Source of the DNA: a virus
Taxonomy: Duplodnaviria > Heunggongvirae > Uroviricota > Caudoviricetes
Direction: 5' to 3' (one strand)
Virus record (IMG/VR): IMGVR_UViG_2597490083_000002
Length of the DNA: 57,346 nt
Part shown: positions 32,790 to 42,760 of the stretch, in pieces
How the letters are laid out: each line of letters begins with the position of its first letter
Position numbering within the stretch: the stretch's first letter is position 1
The notes under the pieces: model-generated
Seen by the model: only the letters and a program-made list of their open reading frames with translations
The model's database searches: none
What the model was told of the DNA's origin: nothing
Position numbers and translations under genes: made by a program

Positions 32790-34671
32790 TATGATGGTGG
32801 CAGTCACTATCGCACTGCAGCCACTGGTCAGGGTATTGCCGGTGACGGCTGTAGAATGGGCCGATCAAAATTATTACCTGCCTAAAGAATCGTCATACGG
32901 TGAGGGGGAATGGAAAACGCTGCAGTTTCAGGTCGCCATCATGAACTGCATGGGCAATGACGAGATTCGTACAGTTAACCTGATTAAATCTGCCCGTGTT
33001 GGTTATACAAAAATGGTGCTTGGTGTGATCGGGTATTTTATTGAGCACAAATCCCGCAACACTCTTCTTTTTCAGCCGACGGACTCAGCTGCTGAAGATT
33101 TTATGAAGTCTCACGTGGAAGCAACAATTCGTGATGTTCCTTGCCTGAAAAAACTTTCTCCCTGGCTGGGCCGGAAACACCGGGATAATACGCTCACACT
33201 GAAGCGTTTTTCCTCTGGTGTGGGGTTCTGGTGTTTGGGTGGTGCTGCTGCCAAAAACTACCGTGAAAAATCTGTCGATGTGGTCTGCTATGACGAACTC
33301 TCCTCGTTTGAACCGGATGTGGAAAAAGAAGGTTCGCCAACACTGCTTGGCGATAAACGTATTGAAGGTTCGGTATGGCCAAAATCCATACGCGGTTCAA
33401 CGCCAAAAATTAAAGGCTCCTGTCAGATTGAAAAAGCTGCGAATGAATCTGCGCATTTCATGCGGTTTTATGTCCCTTGCCCTCATTGCGGGGAGGAGCA
33501 GTATCTGAAGTTTGGCGATGATGCGACGTCGTTTGGCCTGAAATGGGAGAAGGGTAAACCGGAAACGGTGTATTACCTGTGTGAACATAATGGCTGCGTG
33601 ATCCGTCAGTCTGAACTTGATCAGACCGGGGGGCGCTGGATTTGTGACAATACCGGGATGTGGACGTGTGACGGTCTGACGTTTTTCAGTGCTTCGGGTA
33701 ATGAAATTCCGCCGCCGCGCTCCATCACTTTCCATATATGGACGGCGTACAGTCCGTTCACCACCAGGGTACAGATAGTCTGTGACTGGCTGGATGCACT
33801 GAAAGATCCCAACGGCGTGAAAACTTTTGTGAACACCACGCTGGGCGAGACCTGGGAAGAGGCCGTGGGCGAAAAACTCGATCACCAGGTACTGATGGAT
33901 AAGGTTGTGCCTTACACGGCAACGGTGCCTGTCCGGGTGGTTTATCTGACGGCGGGCATTGACTCGCAGCGAAACCGTTTTGAGATGTATGTCTGGGGGT
34001 GGGCTCCGGGAGAGGAAGCCTTTCTGGTGGATAAAATCATCATCATGGGACGTCCTGATGAGGAAGAGACGCTGTTACGTGTGGATGCGGCGATCAATAA
34101 AAAATACCGCCATGCAGACGGTACCGAAATGACCATTTCCCGTGTCTGCTGGGATATCGGGGGGATCGATGGCGAAATCGTGTATCAGAGGTCAAAAAAA
34201 CACGGTATTTTCCGGGTACTGCCGGTAAAAGGTGCCTCTGTCTATGGCAAGCCGGTGATCACCATGCCGAAAACCCGCAATCAGCGGGGTGTGTATCTGT
34301 GTGAGGTGGGGACGGATACCGCAAAAGAAATTCTCTATGCCCGAATGAAGGCCGATCCCACCCCTGTGAATGAGGCCACATCGTATGCCATCCGCTTTCC
34401 TGATAATCCGGAGATTTTTTCGCAGACAGAGGCACAACAACTGGTGGCGGAGGAACTGGTGGAAAAGTGGGAAAAAGGAAAGATGCGTCTGTTGTGGGAT
34501 AACAAAAAGCGGCGTAACGAAGCGCTGGACTGCCTGGTGTATGCCTATGCGGCATTACGTGTGTCCGTGCAACGCTGGCAACTTGATCTGGCTGTGCAGT
34601 TGCATCCCGCAAGGATGCAACTGCACAACCGACCCTTGAAGAACTGGCAGCGAAGCTGTCCGGAGGAGTGA
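32761..34671 (+). CDS. A: Lambda-type terminase large subunit gpA
   Basis: MNISEQQ... TAVEWADQNYYLPKES, KSVDVVCYDELSSF, high identity to lambda gpA over the full length. Confidence 0.9.
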   Translation: MNISEQQLSNMMVAVTIALQPLVRVLPVTAVEWADQNYYLPKESSYGEGEWKTLQFQVAIMNCMGNDEIRTVNLIKSARVGYTKMVLGVIGYFIEHKSRNTLLFQPTDSAAEDFMKSHVEATIRDVPCLKKLSPWLGRKHRDNTLTLKRFSSGVGFWCLGGAAAKNYREKSVDVVCYDELSSFEPDVEKEGSPTLLGDKRIEGSVWPKSIRGSTPKIKGSCQIEKAANESAHFMRFYVPCPHCGEEQYLKFGDDATSFGLKWEKGKPETVYYLCEHNGCVIRQSELDQTGGRWICDNTGMWTCDGLTFFSASGNEIPPPRSITFHIWTAYSPFTTRVQIVCDWLDALKDPNGVKTFVNTTLGETWEEAVGEKLDHQVLMDKVVPYTATVPVRVVYLTAGIDSQRNRFEMYVWGWAPGEEAFLVDKIIIMGRPDEEETLLRVDAAINKKYRHADGTEMTISRVCWDIGGIDGEIVYQRSKKHGIFRVLPVKGASVYGKPVITMPKTRNQRGVYLCEVGTDTAKEILYARMKADPTPVNEATSYAIRFPDNPEIFSQTEAQQLVAEELVEKWEKGKMRLLWDNKKRRNEALDCLVYAYAALRVSVQRWQLDLAVQLHPARMQLHNRPLKNWQRSCPEE

Positions 34672-34875
34672 ATGGTTACAGTCGCTGAACTGCAGGCGCT
34701 GCGTCAGGCGCGCCTTGATTTATTAACCGGTAAACGGGTTGTGTCGGTACAGAAAGACGGTCGCAGGATCGAATATACGGCAGCGTCCCTGAATGAGCTT
34801 AACCGTGCGATCAACGATGCGGAGTCGGTTCTGGGTACGACCCGACGCCGCCGACCGCTGGGAGTGAGGTTATGA
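34672..34875 (+). CDS. W: Head-tail joining protein gpW
   Basis: TGKRVVSVQKDGRRIEYTAASLNEL matches lambda gpW. Confidence 0.85.
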   Translation: MVTVAELQALRQARLDLLTGKRVVSVQKDGRRIEYTAASLNELNRAINDAESVLGTTRRRRPLGVRL

Positions 34876-36465
34876 AACGAACGCCTGTCCTGATTGATGT
34901 GAACGGCGTTCCGCTTCGTGAGAGTCTCAGCTACAACGGAGGCGGCGCAGGATTTGGCGGGCAAATGGCAGAGTGGTTACCACCGGCGCAGAGTGCCGAT
35001 GCGGCCCTGTTGCCTGCATTGCGTCTGGGGAATGCCCGGGCAGATGATCTGGTGCGCAATAACGGTATCGCGGCTAATGCGGTGGCCCTGCATAAGGATC
35101 ATATCGTCGGGCACATGTTTCTTATCAGCTACCGTCTGAACTGGCGTTGGCTGGGGATGCGGGAGACCACGGCAAAAAGTTTTGTCGGGGAGGTGGAAGC
35201 AGCCTGGTCGGAATACGCAGAAGGAATGTTTGGCGAGATCGACGTGGAAGGGAAACGCACGTTTACGGAATTTATCCGTGAAGGGGTGGGCGTGCATGCC
35301 TTTAACGGCGAAATCTTTGTGCAGCCGGTCTGGGATACGGAAACCACGCAGTTATTCCGTACGCGTTTTAAAGCCGTGAGTCCGAAACGGGTGGACACGC
35401 CAGGACACGGTATGGGGAACCACTTTCTGCGGGCCGGGGTTGAGGTCGATCGGTATGGGCGGGCGATTGCGTACCATATCTGTGAGGATGATTTTCCGTT
35501 CTCTGGTGCCGGACGCTGGGAGCGGATCCCGCGTGAGCTTCCCACCGGGCGTCCGGCCATGCTGCATATTTTTGAGCCGGTGGAGGACGGGCAGACCCGT
35601 GGGGCTAATCAGTTTTACAGCGTAATGGAGCGGATGAAGATGCTGGACTCCCTGCAGGCCACGCAGCTTCAGTCGGCCATTGTGAAGGCGATGTATGCAG
35701 CCACAATCGAAAGTGAACTTGATACCGAAAAGGCATTTGAATATATCGCGGGGGCACCGCAAGGTCAGCAGGATAATCCGCTTATTAATATTCTGGAGAA
35801 GTTCACCCGCTGGTATGACACGAATAACGTGACGCTGGGCGGTGTTAAAATTCCGCACCTTTTTTCCTGGCGATGCGCTGAACCTGCAGACAGCGCAGGA
35901 TTCAGACAATGGATTTTCGGCGCTTGAACAGGCGCTGCTGCGGTATATTGCAGCCGGTCTTGGCGTTTCCTACGAACAGTTGTCCCGTGATTACTCGAAG
36001 GTCAGTTACTCAAGTGCCCGCGCCTCCGCCAATGAGTCGTGGCGCTATTTTATGGGGCGGCGAAAATTTATTGCGGCCCGGCTGGCCACGCAGATGTTTT
36101 CCTGCTGGCTGGAAGAGGCGCTTCTTCGGGGGATTATTCGTCCGCCACGGGCGCGTTTTGATTTTTACCAGGCGCGTTCAGCCTGGTCACGGGCAGAGTG
36201 GATTAGCTCCGGAAGAATGGCCATTGACGGGCTCAAGGAGGTCCAGGAATCGGTGATGCGCATTGAGGCCGGACTGAGCACGTATGAGAAAGAACTGGCA
36301 CTGATGGGCGAAGATTATCAGGACATTTTCCGCCAGCAGGTCAGGGAATCCGCAGAGCGCGAAAAAGCCGGACTCTCACGTCCGGTGTGGATAGCCCAGG
36401 CGTATCAGCAGCAGATAGCGGAGAGTCGCAGGCCGGAAGAGGAGACAACATCACGTGAGACGTAA
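34872..36465 (+). pseudogene. B: Portal protein gpB, frameshifted
   Basis: Two overlapping ORFs (34872..35927 and 35842..36465) each align to lambda gpB; the frame switch maps to the T6 run at about 35860-35865. Confidence 0.85.
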
Positions 36466-37960
36466 TCTTTCACATATTATCGCTGCGGCATTCAATGAGC
36501 CGCTGCTTCTGGAGCCCGCCTATGCGCGGGTTTTCTTTTGCGCGCTCGGGCGTGAGATGGGCGCAGCAAGCCTTTCGGTACCGCAACAGCAGGTACAGCT
36601 TGACGCTCCCGGGATGCTGGCTGAAACGGACGAGTACATGGCCGGAGGCAAACGACCTGCCCGTGTTTACCGGGTGGTGAACGGTATTGCTGTACTGCCG
36701 GTGACCGGCACGCTGGTACACCGGCTGGGTGGCATGCGGCCATTTTCCGGAATGACTGGCTATGACGGCATTGTCGCCTGTCTTCAGCAGGCAATGGCGG
36801 ACACTCAGGTACGGGGCGTACTGCTGGACATTGACAGTTCTGGCGGGCAGGCCACCGGCGCGTTTGACTGCGCTGACATGATTTACCGTCTCCGGCAGCT
36901 GAAGCCTGTCTGGGCACTGTGCAATGACACGGCCTGTTCAGCCGCCATGTTACTGGCATCGGCCTGCTCCCGACGGCTGGTTACCCAGACATCCCGTATC
37001 GGCTCCATTGGGGTGATGATGGGCCATGTCAGCTATGCCGGTCATCTGGCACAGGCCGGTGTGGATATCACGCTGATTTACGCCGGATCGCACAAGGTGG
37101 ATGGCAATCAGTTTGAATCCCTGCCAGCAAAGGTTCGCCAGGACATGCAGCAGCGCATTGATGCGGCGCGCCGGATGTTTGCTGAAAAAGTGGCGATGTA
37201 TACCGGTTTATCTGTGGATGCGGTTATGGGAACAGAGGCCGCCGTTTTTGAAGGTCAGTCCGGTATTGAGGCCGAACTGGCGGATGAATTAATCAATGCG
37301 TCGGACGCCATCAGCGTGATGGCTGCGACGCTGAACACACACGATACAGGAGGCACTATGCCGCAATTAACTGCAACGGAGGCTGCCGCGCAGGAGAACC
37401 AGCGAGTGATGGGGATCCTGACGTGTCAGGAAGCGAAAGGACGTGAACAACTGGCCACGATGCTGGCAGGGCAACAGGGTATGAGCGTTGAGCAGGCCCG
37501 GGCGATTCTGGCCGTGGCGGCACCGCAACAATCTGGTGTATCTGCGCAGAGTGAAGCCGATCGCATTATGGCATGTGAAGAGGCGAAAGGACGTGAACAA
37601 CTGGCGGCAACGCTGGCGGCGATGCCGGAGATGACGGTGGAAAAAGCCCGTCCGATTCTGGCTGCTTCACCGCAGGCGAATGCCGGACCCTCACTTCGTG
37701 ATCAGATTATGGCCCTGGATGAGGCAAAAGGGGCAGAGGCGCAGGCTGAAAAACTGGCGGCCTGTCCGGGGATGACCGTGGAGAATGCCCGGGCTGTACT
37801 GGCGGCAGCCTCAGGCAGGGCAGAACCGGTTTCTGCATCCACAACCGCCATGTTTGAACATTTCATGGCGAACCATTCACCGGCAGCGGTACAGGGTGGC
37901 GTGCCACAGACGTCAGCAGACGGTGATGCGGACGTGAAAATGCTCATGGCCATGCCATGA
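36455..37960 (+). CDS. C: Prohead protease/minor capsid gpC (with in-frame scaffold Nu3-like C-terminal region)
   Basis: FNEPLLLEPAYARVFFCAL, SIGVMMGHVSYAG, GSHKVDGN match lambda gpC; Ala/Gln-rich C-terminal repeats. Confidence 0.85.
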   Translation: MRRNLSHIIAAAFNEPLLLEPAYARVFFCALGREMGAASLSVPQQQVQLDAPGMLAETDEYMAGGKRPARVYRVVNGIAVLPVTGTLVHRLGGMRPFSGMTGYDGIVACLQQAMADTQVRGVLLDIDSSGGQATGAFDCADMIYRLRQLKPVWALCNDTACSAAMLLASACSRRLVTQTSRIGSIGVMMGHVSYAGHLAQAGVDITLIYAGSHKVDGNQFESLPAKVRQDMQQRIDAARRMFAEKVAMYTGLSVDAVMGTEAAVFEGQSGIEAELADELINASDAISVMAATLNTHDTGGTMPQLTATEAAAQENQRVMGILTCQEAKGREQLATMLAGQQGMSVEQARAILAVAAPQQSGVSAQSEADRIMACEEAKGREQLAATLAAMPEMTVEKARPILAASPQANAGPSLRDQIMALDEAKGAEAQAEKLAACPGMTVENARAVLAAASGRAEPVSASTTAMFEHFMANHSPAAVQGGVPQTSADGDADVKMLMAMP

Positions 37961-37996
37961 AGTCAGTGCTGACCATCAATATGAGGTTTTTACAAT

Positions 37997-38344
37997 ATGG
38001 TAACGAAAACCATCACTGAACAGCGTGCGGAAGTACGTATTTTTGCCGGTAATGATCCGGCCCATACCGCCACAGGCTGCAGCGGGATTTCCTCGGCAAC
38101 ACCGGCTCTGACGCCCCTGATGCTGGATGAGGATACCGGGAAACTGGTGGTCTGGGACGGACAGAAGGCAGGCCATGTGGTTGGCATACTGGTACTGCCG
38201 CTTGAAGGTACAGAGACGGTGCTGACGTATTACAAGTCGGGGACCTTTGCGACGGAGGCCATCCACTGGCCTGAGAGAGTGGATACACACAAAAAGGCGA
38301 ATGCCTTTGCCGGCAGTGCCCTGAGTCACGCAGCGCTGCCGTAA
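37997..38344 (+). CDS. D: Head decoration protein gpD
   Basis: DPAHTAT...TPLMLD...KLVVWDG...GIL...YYKSGTF matches lambda gpD. Confidence 0.85.
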   Translation: MVTKTITEQRAEVRIFAGNDPAHTATGCSGISSATPALTPLMLDEDTGKLVVWDGQKAGHVVGILVLPLEGTETVLTYYKSGTFATEAIHWPERVDTHKKANAFAGSALSHAALP

Positions 38345-38401
38345 CATTTTATCAGGTCACTGCGGTAGCCTGACTGATTTCTGAATGAAAGGAACTGATT
38401 T

Positions 38402-39430
38402 ATGGGATTGTTTACGACCCGCCAGTTACTCGGTTATACCGAACAAAAAGTTAAATTTCGTGCGCTGTTTCTGGAGCTGTTTTTCCGCCGTACGGTGAAT
38501 TTCCATACCGAAGAGGTAATGCTGGACAAAATTACCGGAAAAACGCCGGTGGCGGCCTATGTCTCCCCGGTTGTTGAAGGAAAGGTGTTGCGTCACCGTG
38601 GCGGTGAAACTCGTGTACTGCGCCCGGGCTACGTTAAGCCGAAACACGAATTTAATTACCAGCAGGCGGTGGAGCGTCTTCCCGGTGAAGATCCGGCCCA
38701 GCTGAACGGCCCGGCTTACCGTCGCCTGCGTATCATCACCGATAACCTCAAACAGGAAGAGCACGCCATTGTCCAGGTGGAAGAGATGCAGGCGGTGAAT
38801 GCCGTGCTGTATGGCAAATACACCATGGAAGGAGAGCAGTTTGAAACTGTTGAGGTCGATTTTGGCCGGTCGGTGGGAAATAACATTACGCAGGCAGGAG
38901 GGACGGAGTGGAGCGCTCAGGACCGCGATACCTTTGATCCGACGCATGATCTGGATGCGTACTGTGATTTTGCTTCCGGCACCATCAATATTGCCATTAT
39001 GGATGGTAAGGTCTGGCGTCTGCTGAATGGCTTTAAGCTGTTCCGCGAAAAACTGGATACCCGTCGTGGCTCAAATTCACAGCTGGAAACGGCAGTGAAA
39101 GACCTGGGGGCGGTGGTGTCCTTCAAAGGGTATTATGGTGATCTGGCAATCGTGGTGGCAAAAACGTCCTATGTGGCAGAGGACGGTACCGAAAAACGTT
39201 ATCTGCCGGACGGCACACTGGTACTGGGAAATACGGCCGCAGAGGGTATTCGTTGCTACGGTGCCATTCAGGATGCGCAGGCATTGTCTGAAGGCGTGGT
39301 GGCGTCTTCCCGTTATCCGAAACACTGGCTGACCGTGGGTGATCCGGCGCGTGAATTCACCATGACGCAGTCCGCGCCGCTGATGGTGCTGCCGGATCCG
39401 GATGAGTTTGTGGTGGTGCAGGTGAAATAA
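38402..39430 (+). CDS. E: Major capsid protein gpE
   Basis: High identity to lambda gpE (PGYVKPKHE, AIVQVEEMQAV, KLDTRRGSNSQLETAVKDLG, GDPAREFTM.QSAPLM). Confidence 0.9.
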   Translation: MGLFTTRQLLGYTEQKVKFRALFLELFFRRTVNFHTEEVMLDKITGKTPVAAYVSPVVEGKVLRHRGGETRVLRPGYVKPKHEFNYQQAVERLPGEDPAQLNGPAYRRLRIITDNLKQEEHAIVQVEEMQAVNAVLYGKYTMEGEQFETVEVDFGRSVGNNITQAGGTEWSAQDRDTFDPTHDLDAYCDFASGTINIAIMDGKVWRLLNGFKLFREKLDTRRGSNSQLETAVKDLGAVVSFKGYYGDLAIVVAKTSYVAEDGTEKRYLPDGTLVLGNTAAEGIRCYGAIQDAQALSEGVVASSRYPKHWLTVGDPAREFTMTQSAPLMVLPDPDEFVVVQVK

Positions 39431-39481
39431 TCCGTGAGCGGGAGCTAAATGCTCCCGTTTTTCATTCAATCAGGAGCGGGT

Positions 39482-39868
39482 ATGGCTACGAAAGAAGAAA
39501 ACCTGAAACGTCTTTGTGAGCTGGCTGAGAGGCTGGGGCGTGAACCGGATGTCTCCGGTAGTGCGGCAGATATTGCGCAGCGAGTGGCGGAACTGGAGGA
39601 AGAGCTTGGAGATGCGGGGGAGGTCGCAGAGCCGGATACGTACTCACCATCGAAAGATGATCCGACCGCGCATAAAGGCGAGTCAGTTCCTGAACAGCCA
39701 GGCATTGTTACCGGAGACGAAACGGGGCAGGTTACGGTGGTGGCACTGGCGACACTGCATACAAAATGTAATGGTTCAGTGATATTTGTTTCACCGGGAA
39801 CGTCGTTTCGTGTTTCTGCTGAGGTGGCTGCCAGCATGGCGGCAGGTGGTCTGGCAAAAAGGCAGTAA
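39482..39868 (+). CDS. FI: DNA-packaging protein FI
   Basis: VTVVALATLHTKCNGSVIFVSPGTSFRVSAEVAASMAAGGLAKRQ matches lambda FI C-terminus; start at MATKEE. Confidence 0.8.
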   Translation: MATKEENLKRLCELAERLGREPDVSGSAADIAQRVAELEEELGDAGEVAEPDTYSPSKDDPTAHKGESVPEQPGIVTGDETGQVTVVALATLHTKCNGSVIFVSPGTSFRVSAEVAASMAAGGLAKRQ

Positions 39869-39879
39869 CAGGAGATGTC

Positions 39880-40257
39880 GTGGACGGTTTCGATAATCTG
39901 TTTGATGCTGCGCTTGCCGGTGTCAATGAAGTCATTCTCCGTGATATGGGGATCAGCGCCGTCATTACGTCCGGAGAACTTGAGGGGACACACCTGACAG
40001 GGGTTTTTGATGATCCCGAAAGTATTTCTTTTGTTGCCGGGGGGATCCGGCTTGAGGATTCCTCACCGTGCCTGTTTGTGAAAACGGCAGATATATCGCA
40101 GTTACGCCGTCAGGATACGTTAACTATCGGGGATGATTCTTTCTTTGTGGATCGTATTACTCCGGATGACGGGGGATGCTGTTATATCCGGTTAAGGCGG
40201 GGCAGTCCTGCCCCACAGAATAATGCCAGAATGAGGCGATATGATGAAGGGACTTGA
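39880..40257 (+). CDS. FII: Head completion protein FII
   Basis: FDNLFDAA...GVFDDPE.IS...QLRR.DTLTIG...DGG matches lambda FII; track start is a GTG. Confidence 0.8.
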   Translation: MDGFDNLFDAALAGVNEVILRDMGISAVITSGELEGTHLTGVFDDPESISFVAGGIRLEDSSPCLFVKTADISQLRRQDTLTIGDDSFFVDRITPDDGGCCYIRLRRGSPAPQNNARMRRYDEGT

Positions 40258-40828
40258 GAATGCCATCCGCAATCTGAACAGCCTCGATACCCGCATGGTG
40301 CCACAGACCAGCGCATGGGCGGTAAACCGTGTGGCGGCAAAGATTGTTTCTGTCGCCACACGGCAGGTTGCGCAGAATACCGTTGCCGGGGATAACCAGG
40401 TGAAAGGTATTCCCCTGAAAACGGTCAGGGAGCGTGTCAGGCTGCTTAAAGCCAGCCCCTCAGGAAAAATGTATGCCCGCATGCGTGTTAACCGGGGTAA
40501 CCTGCCCGCCATTAAGCTGGGTACCGCACAGGTCAGACTGGCCCGCTCCCGGCATGGCAGCAACTCACGTCATCGTGGCAGCGTACTGAAAGTGGGGAAA
40601 TACCTTTTCCGGGATGCGTTTATTCAGCAACTGGCGAATGGTCGCTGGCATGTGATGCGGCGTATTGACGGCAAAAATCGTTACCCCATTGATGTGGTGA
40701 AAATCCCGATGTCCGGACCGCTGACACAGGCATTTGAAGATGCCCGCGACCGCATCATTGCTGCGGAAATGCCGAAACAGCTGGGGTATGCCCTGAAACA
40801 ACAACTGAGGTTACATCTGAGTAAATGA
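40241..40828 (+). CDS. Z: Tail completion protein gpZ
   Basis: ANGRWHVMRRIDGKNRYPIDVVKIPMSGPLTQAFE matches lambda gpZ. Confidence 0.8.
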   Translation: MMKGLENAIRNLNSLDTRMVPQTSAWAVNRVAAKIVSVATRQVAQNTVAGDNQVKGIPLKTVRERVRLLKASPSGKMYARMRVNRGNLPAIKLGTAQVRLARSRHGSNSRHRGSVLKVGKYLFRDAFIQQLANGRWHVMRRIDGKNRYPIDVVKIPMSGPLTQAFEDARDRIIAAEMPKQLGYALKQQLRLHLSK

Positions 40829-41226
40829 ACCGACACACACAAATCCGTCAGAGCGTGCTGGCACGCCTTCGGGAACAGTGTGGAGACAGCGCCACGTTTT
40901 TTGACGGGCTTCCGGCATTTATTGATGCGCAGGAACTGCCCGCCGTGGCGGTGTGGCTGAGTGATGCGCAGTACACCGGAAAAATGACGGATGAGGACGA
41001 CTGGCAGGCTGTTCTGCATATTGCCGTTTTCGTCCGTGCACAGGCGCCGGATTCTGAGCTGGATACGTGGATGGAGAACACCATATTTCCGGCCATGAAG
41101 GATATTCCGGTGCTTTCCGGACTCATCGACACCATGATCCCACTCGGTTTTAACTATCAACGTGATAATGAGATGGCCACCTGGGCGATGGCGGAAATCA
41201 CGTACCAGATCACGTACACGAATTAA
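40825..41226 (+). CDS. U: Tail terminator gpU
   Basis: ATFFDG.PA..D....PAVAV.L....YTG...D.D.WQA.LHI.VF..AQ.PDSELD.WME matches lambda gpU. Confidence 0.85.
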   Translation: MNRHTQIRQSVLARLREQCGDSATFFDGLPAFIDAQELPAVAVWLSDAQYTGKMTDEDDWQAVLHIAVFVRAQAPDSELDTWMENTIFPAMKDIPVLSGLIDTMIPLGFNYQRDNEMATWAMAEITYQITYTN

Positions 41227-41236
41227 GGAGGTGGTA

Positions 41237-41977
41237 ATGACCACACCAAATCCACTGGCAAAGACGAAAGGTGCGGGGACGACGTTCTGGATGTATACCG
41301 GCAACGGCGATGCGTTTGCGAACCCTTTGTCGGACACTGACTGGCTGCGTCTTGCGATGGTGAAGGATCTGCAACCTGGCGAAATGACCGCTGATGCAGA
41401 AGATGACACTTATCTCGATGATGAAGATGCAGACTGGAAAACGACAACCCAGGGGCAGAAATCCGTTGGTGATACTTCGGCGACGCTGGCCTGGCGTCCG
41501 GGTGACAGCGGGCAGAAAAAACTGGTTCAGTTGTTCGACTCCGGTGAAGTCTGCGCGTTTCGTATCAAATATCCCAACGGCACTGTTGATGTTTTCCGCG
41601 GCTGGCTGAGCTCACTGGGTAAAACCATTGCCTCAAAAGACGTGATGACCCGCACTGTGAAAATCAGCGGTGTGGGGCGTCCGTATCTGGCAGAGGAAGG
41701 CACTGAAACCGTGGGTGTTACCGGACTGACGGTGGCACCGGCATCTGTCAGTGTCAAAGCGGGAGCAACCACCACACTGACCTTTACAGTAAAACCTGAC
41801 GGGGCCAGTGACAAAGCGATCAGTGTGCATTCGTCAGATCCTCAGACTGCTTCGGTGACCCTGAGCGGGCTTGTGGCCACGGTGAAAGGCGTGAAGCAGG
41901 GCAGTGTCAGCATCGTGGGCATGACCTCTGACGGAGAGTTTGTGGCAGTGGCTGCGGTGACCGTCAGCGCACCATAA
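41237..41977 (+). CDS. V: Major tail protein gpV
   Basis: KGAGTT.W.Y.G.GD..ANPLSD.DW.RLA.VKDL.PGE.TA, FPNGTVDVFRGW.SS.GK matches lambda gpV; AGGAGG RBS upstream. Confidence 0.9.
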   Translation: MTTPNPLAKTKGAGTTFWMYTGNGDAFANPLSDTDWLRLAMVKDLQPGEMTADAEDDTYLDDEDADWKTTTQGQKSVGDTSATLAWRPGDSGQKKLVQLFDSGEVCAFRIKYPNGTVDVFRGWLSSLGKTIASKDVMTRTVKISGVGRPYLAEEGTETVGVTGLTVAPASVSVKAGATTTLTFTVKPDGASDKAISVHSSDPQTASVTLSGLVATVKGVKQGSVSIVGMTSDGEFVAVAAVTVSAP

Positions 41978-41996
41978 CAGGACGATACTCATCATT

Positions 41997-42019
41997 GCCC
42001 CGGTTATCCGGGGCTTTTT
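41997..42019 (+). terminator. Hairpin plus T-run downstream of V
   Basis: gccccgg-ttat-ccggggc followed by ttttt. Confidence 0.45.
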
Positions 42020-42035
42020 GCATCCGGAGAACATG

Positions 42036-42422
42036 ATGTTTCTGAAACAGGATACGTTTAATTATGAAAAACAGTCCGTGGTGCTCAGTGAGCTGTCCGG
42101 GCTGCAGAGAATTGAATATCTGACGTTTGTTCAGCAGCGAACGGCAAAGTTTGATGCACAGGAGGGAGAACTGCCGGAGGCTGAACGACAGATTGCTTTT
42201 CTGCGTATGGGAATGGATATCAATGCCTGGCTGGTTTCCCGCTCACTGTGGAATGCTGAGCAGTCTCAGGATGTTGAGACGCTTTGCGCATCCATTATGA
42301 CAACATGGTCGTATGATGCGCTGGGCGCGGGGGCGGAGAGGGTTCTGTCGCTGAGCGGTATGGGGACCATTGAGAATGCCGGGGATGATGATCATGAGGC
42401 GCTGACGCCGGAAAAGTCCTGA
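42036..42422 (+). CDS. G: Tail assembly chaperone gpG
   Basis: Position between V and T/H; start taken at MFLKQD by analogy to lambda G (MFLK...); track ORF starts at an upstream TTG. Confidence 0.7.
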   Translation: MFLKQDTFNYEKQSVVLSELSGLQRIEYLTFVQQRTAKFDAQEGELPEAERQIAFLRMGMDINAWLVSRSLWNAEQSQDVETLCASIMTTWSYDALGAGAERVLSLSGMGTIENAGDDDHEALTPEKS

Positions 42423-42430
42423 CGCGGGAA

Positions 42431-42760
42431 ATGCAGTTTGTCATGCGGCTTGCCCGGGAGTTCCGGCGGGCAGACTGGCGGCGGATGCTGTCGGATATGT
42501 CGGCCACTGAGCTTGGTGAGTGGGGCGATTATTTCCGGATGCAGAGCTTCAGTGATGTGTGGATGGATGCGCAGTTTGCCTCGCTGAAGGCATTGATCGT
42601 GAGAATGGTGTCCGGCAGCAGCGATGCTGCGGTGGCTGATTTCAGCCTTTTACCGGAAGAGAACGGGATACCGGAGCGAACGGACGAAGAACTGATGCAT
42701 CTTGGGGAAGGTATTTCCGGAGGTGTGCGTTATGGACCAGATAGCCAACCTGGTCATTGA
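42431..42760 (+). CDS. T: Tail assembly protein gpT (expected to be made as a G-T fusion by -1 frameshift)
   Basis: T ORF is in the -1 frame relative to G and is open upstream of its first ATG back into the end of G, as in lambda. Confidence 0.65.
   Translation: MQFVMRLAREFRRADWRRMLSDMSATELGEWGDYFRMQSFSDVWMDAQFASLKALIVRMVSGSSDAAVADFSLLPEENGIPERTDEELMHLGEGISGGVRYGPDSQPGH

Noticed and set aside
35842-36465. Treating the second gpB ORF as a separate gene
   Set aside because: It aligns to the C-terminal part of lambda portal gpB and continues the first ORF after a 1-nt frame change; it is one gene with a frameshift.
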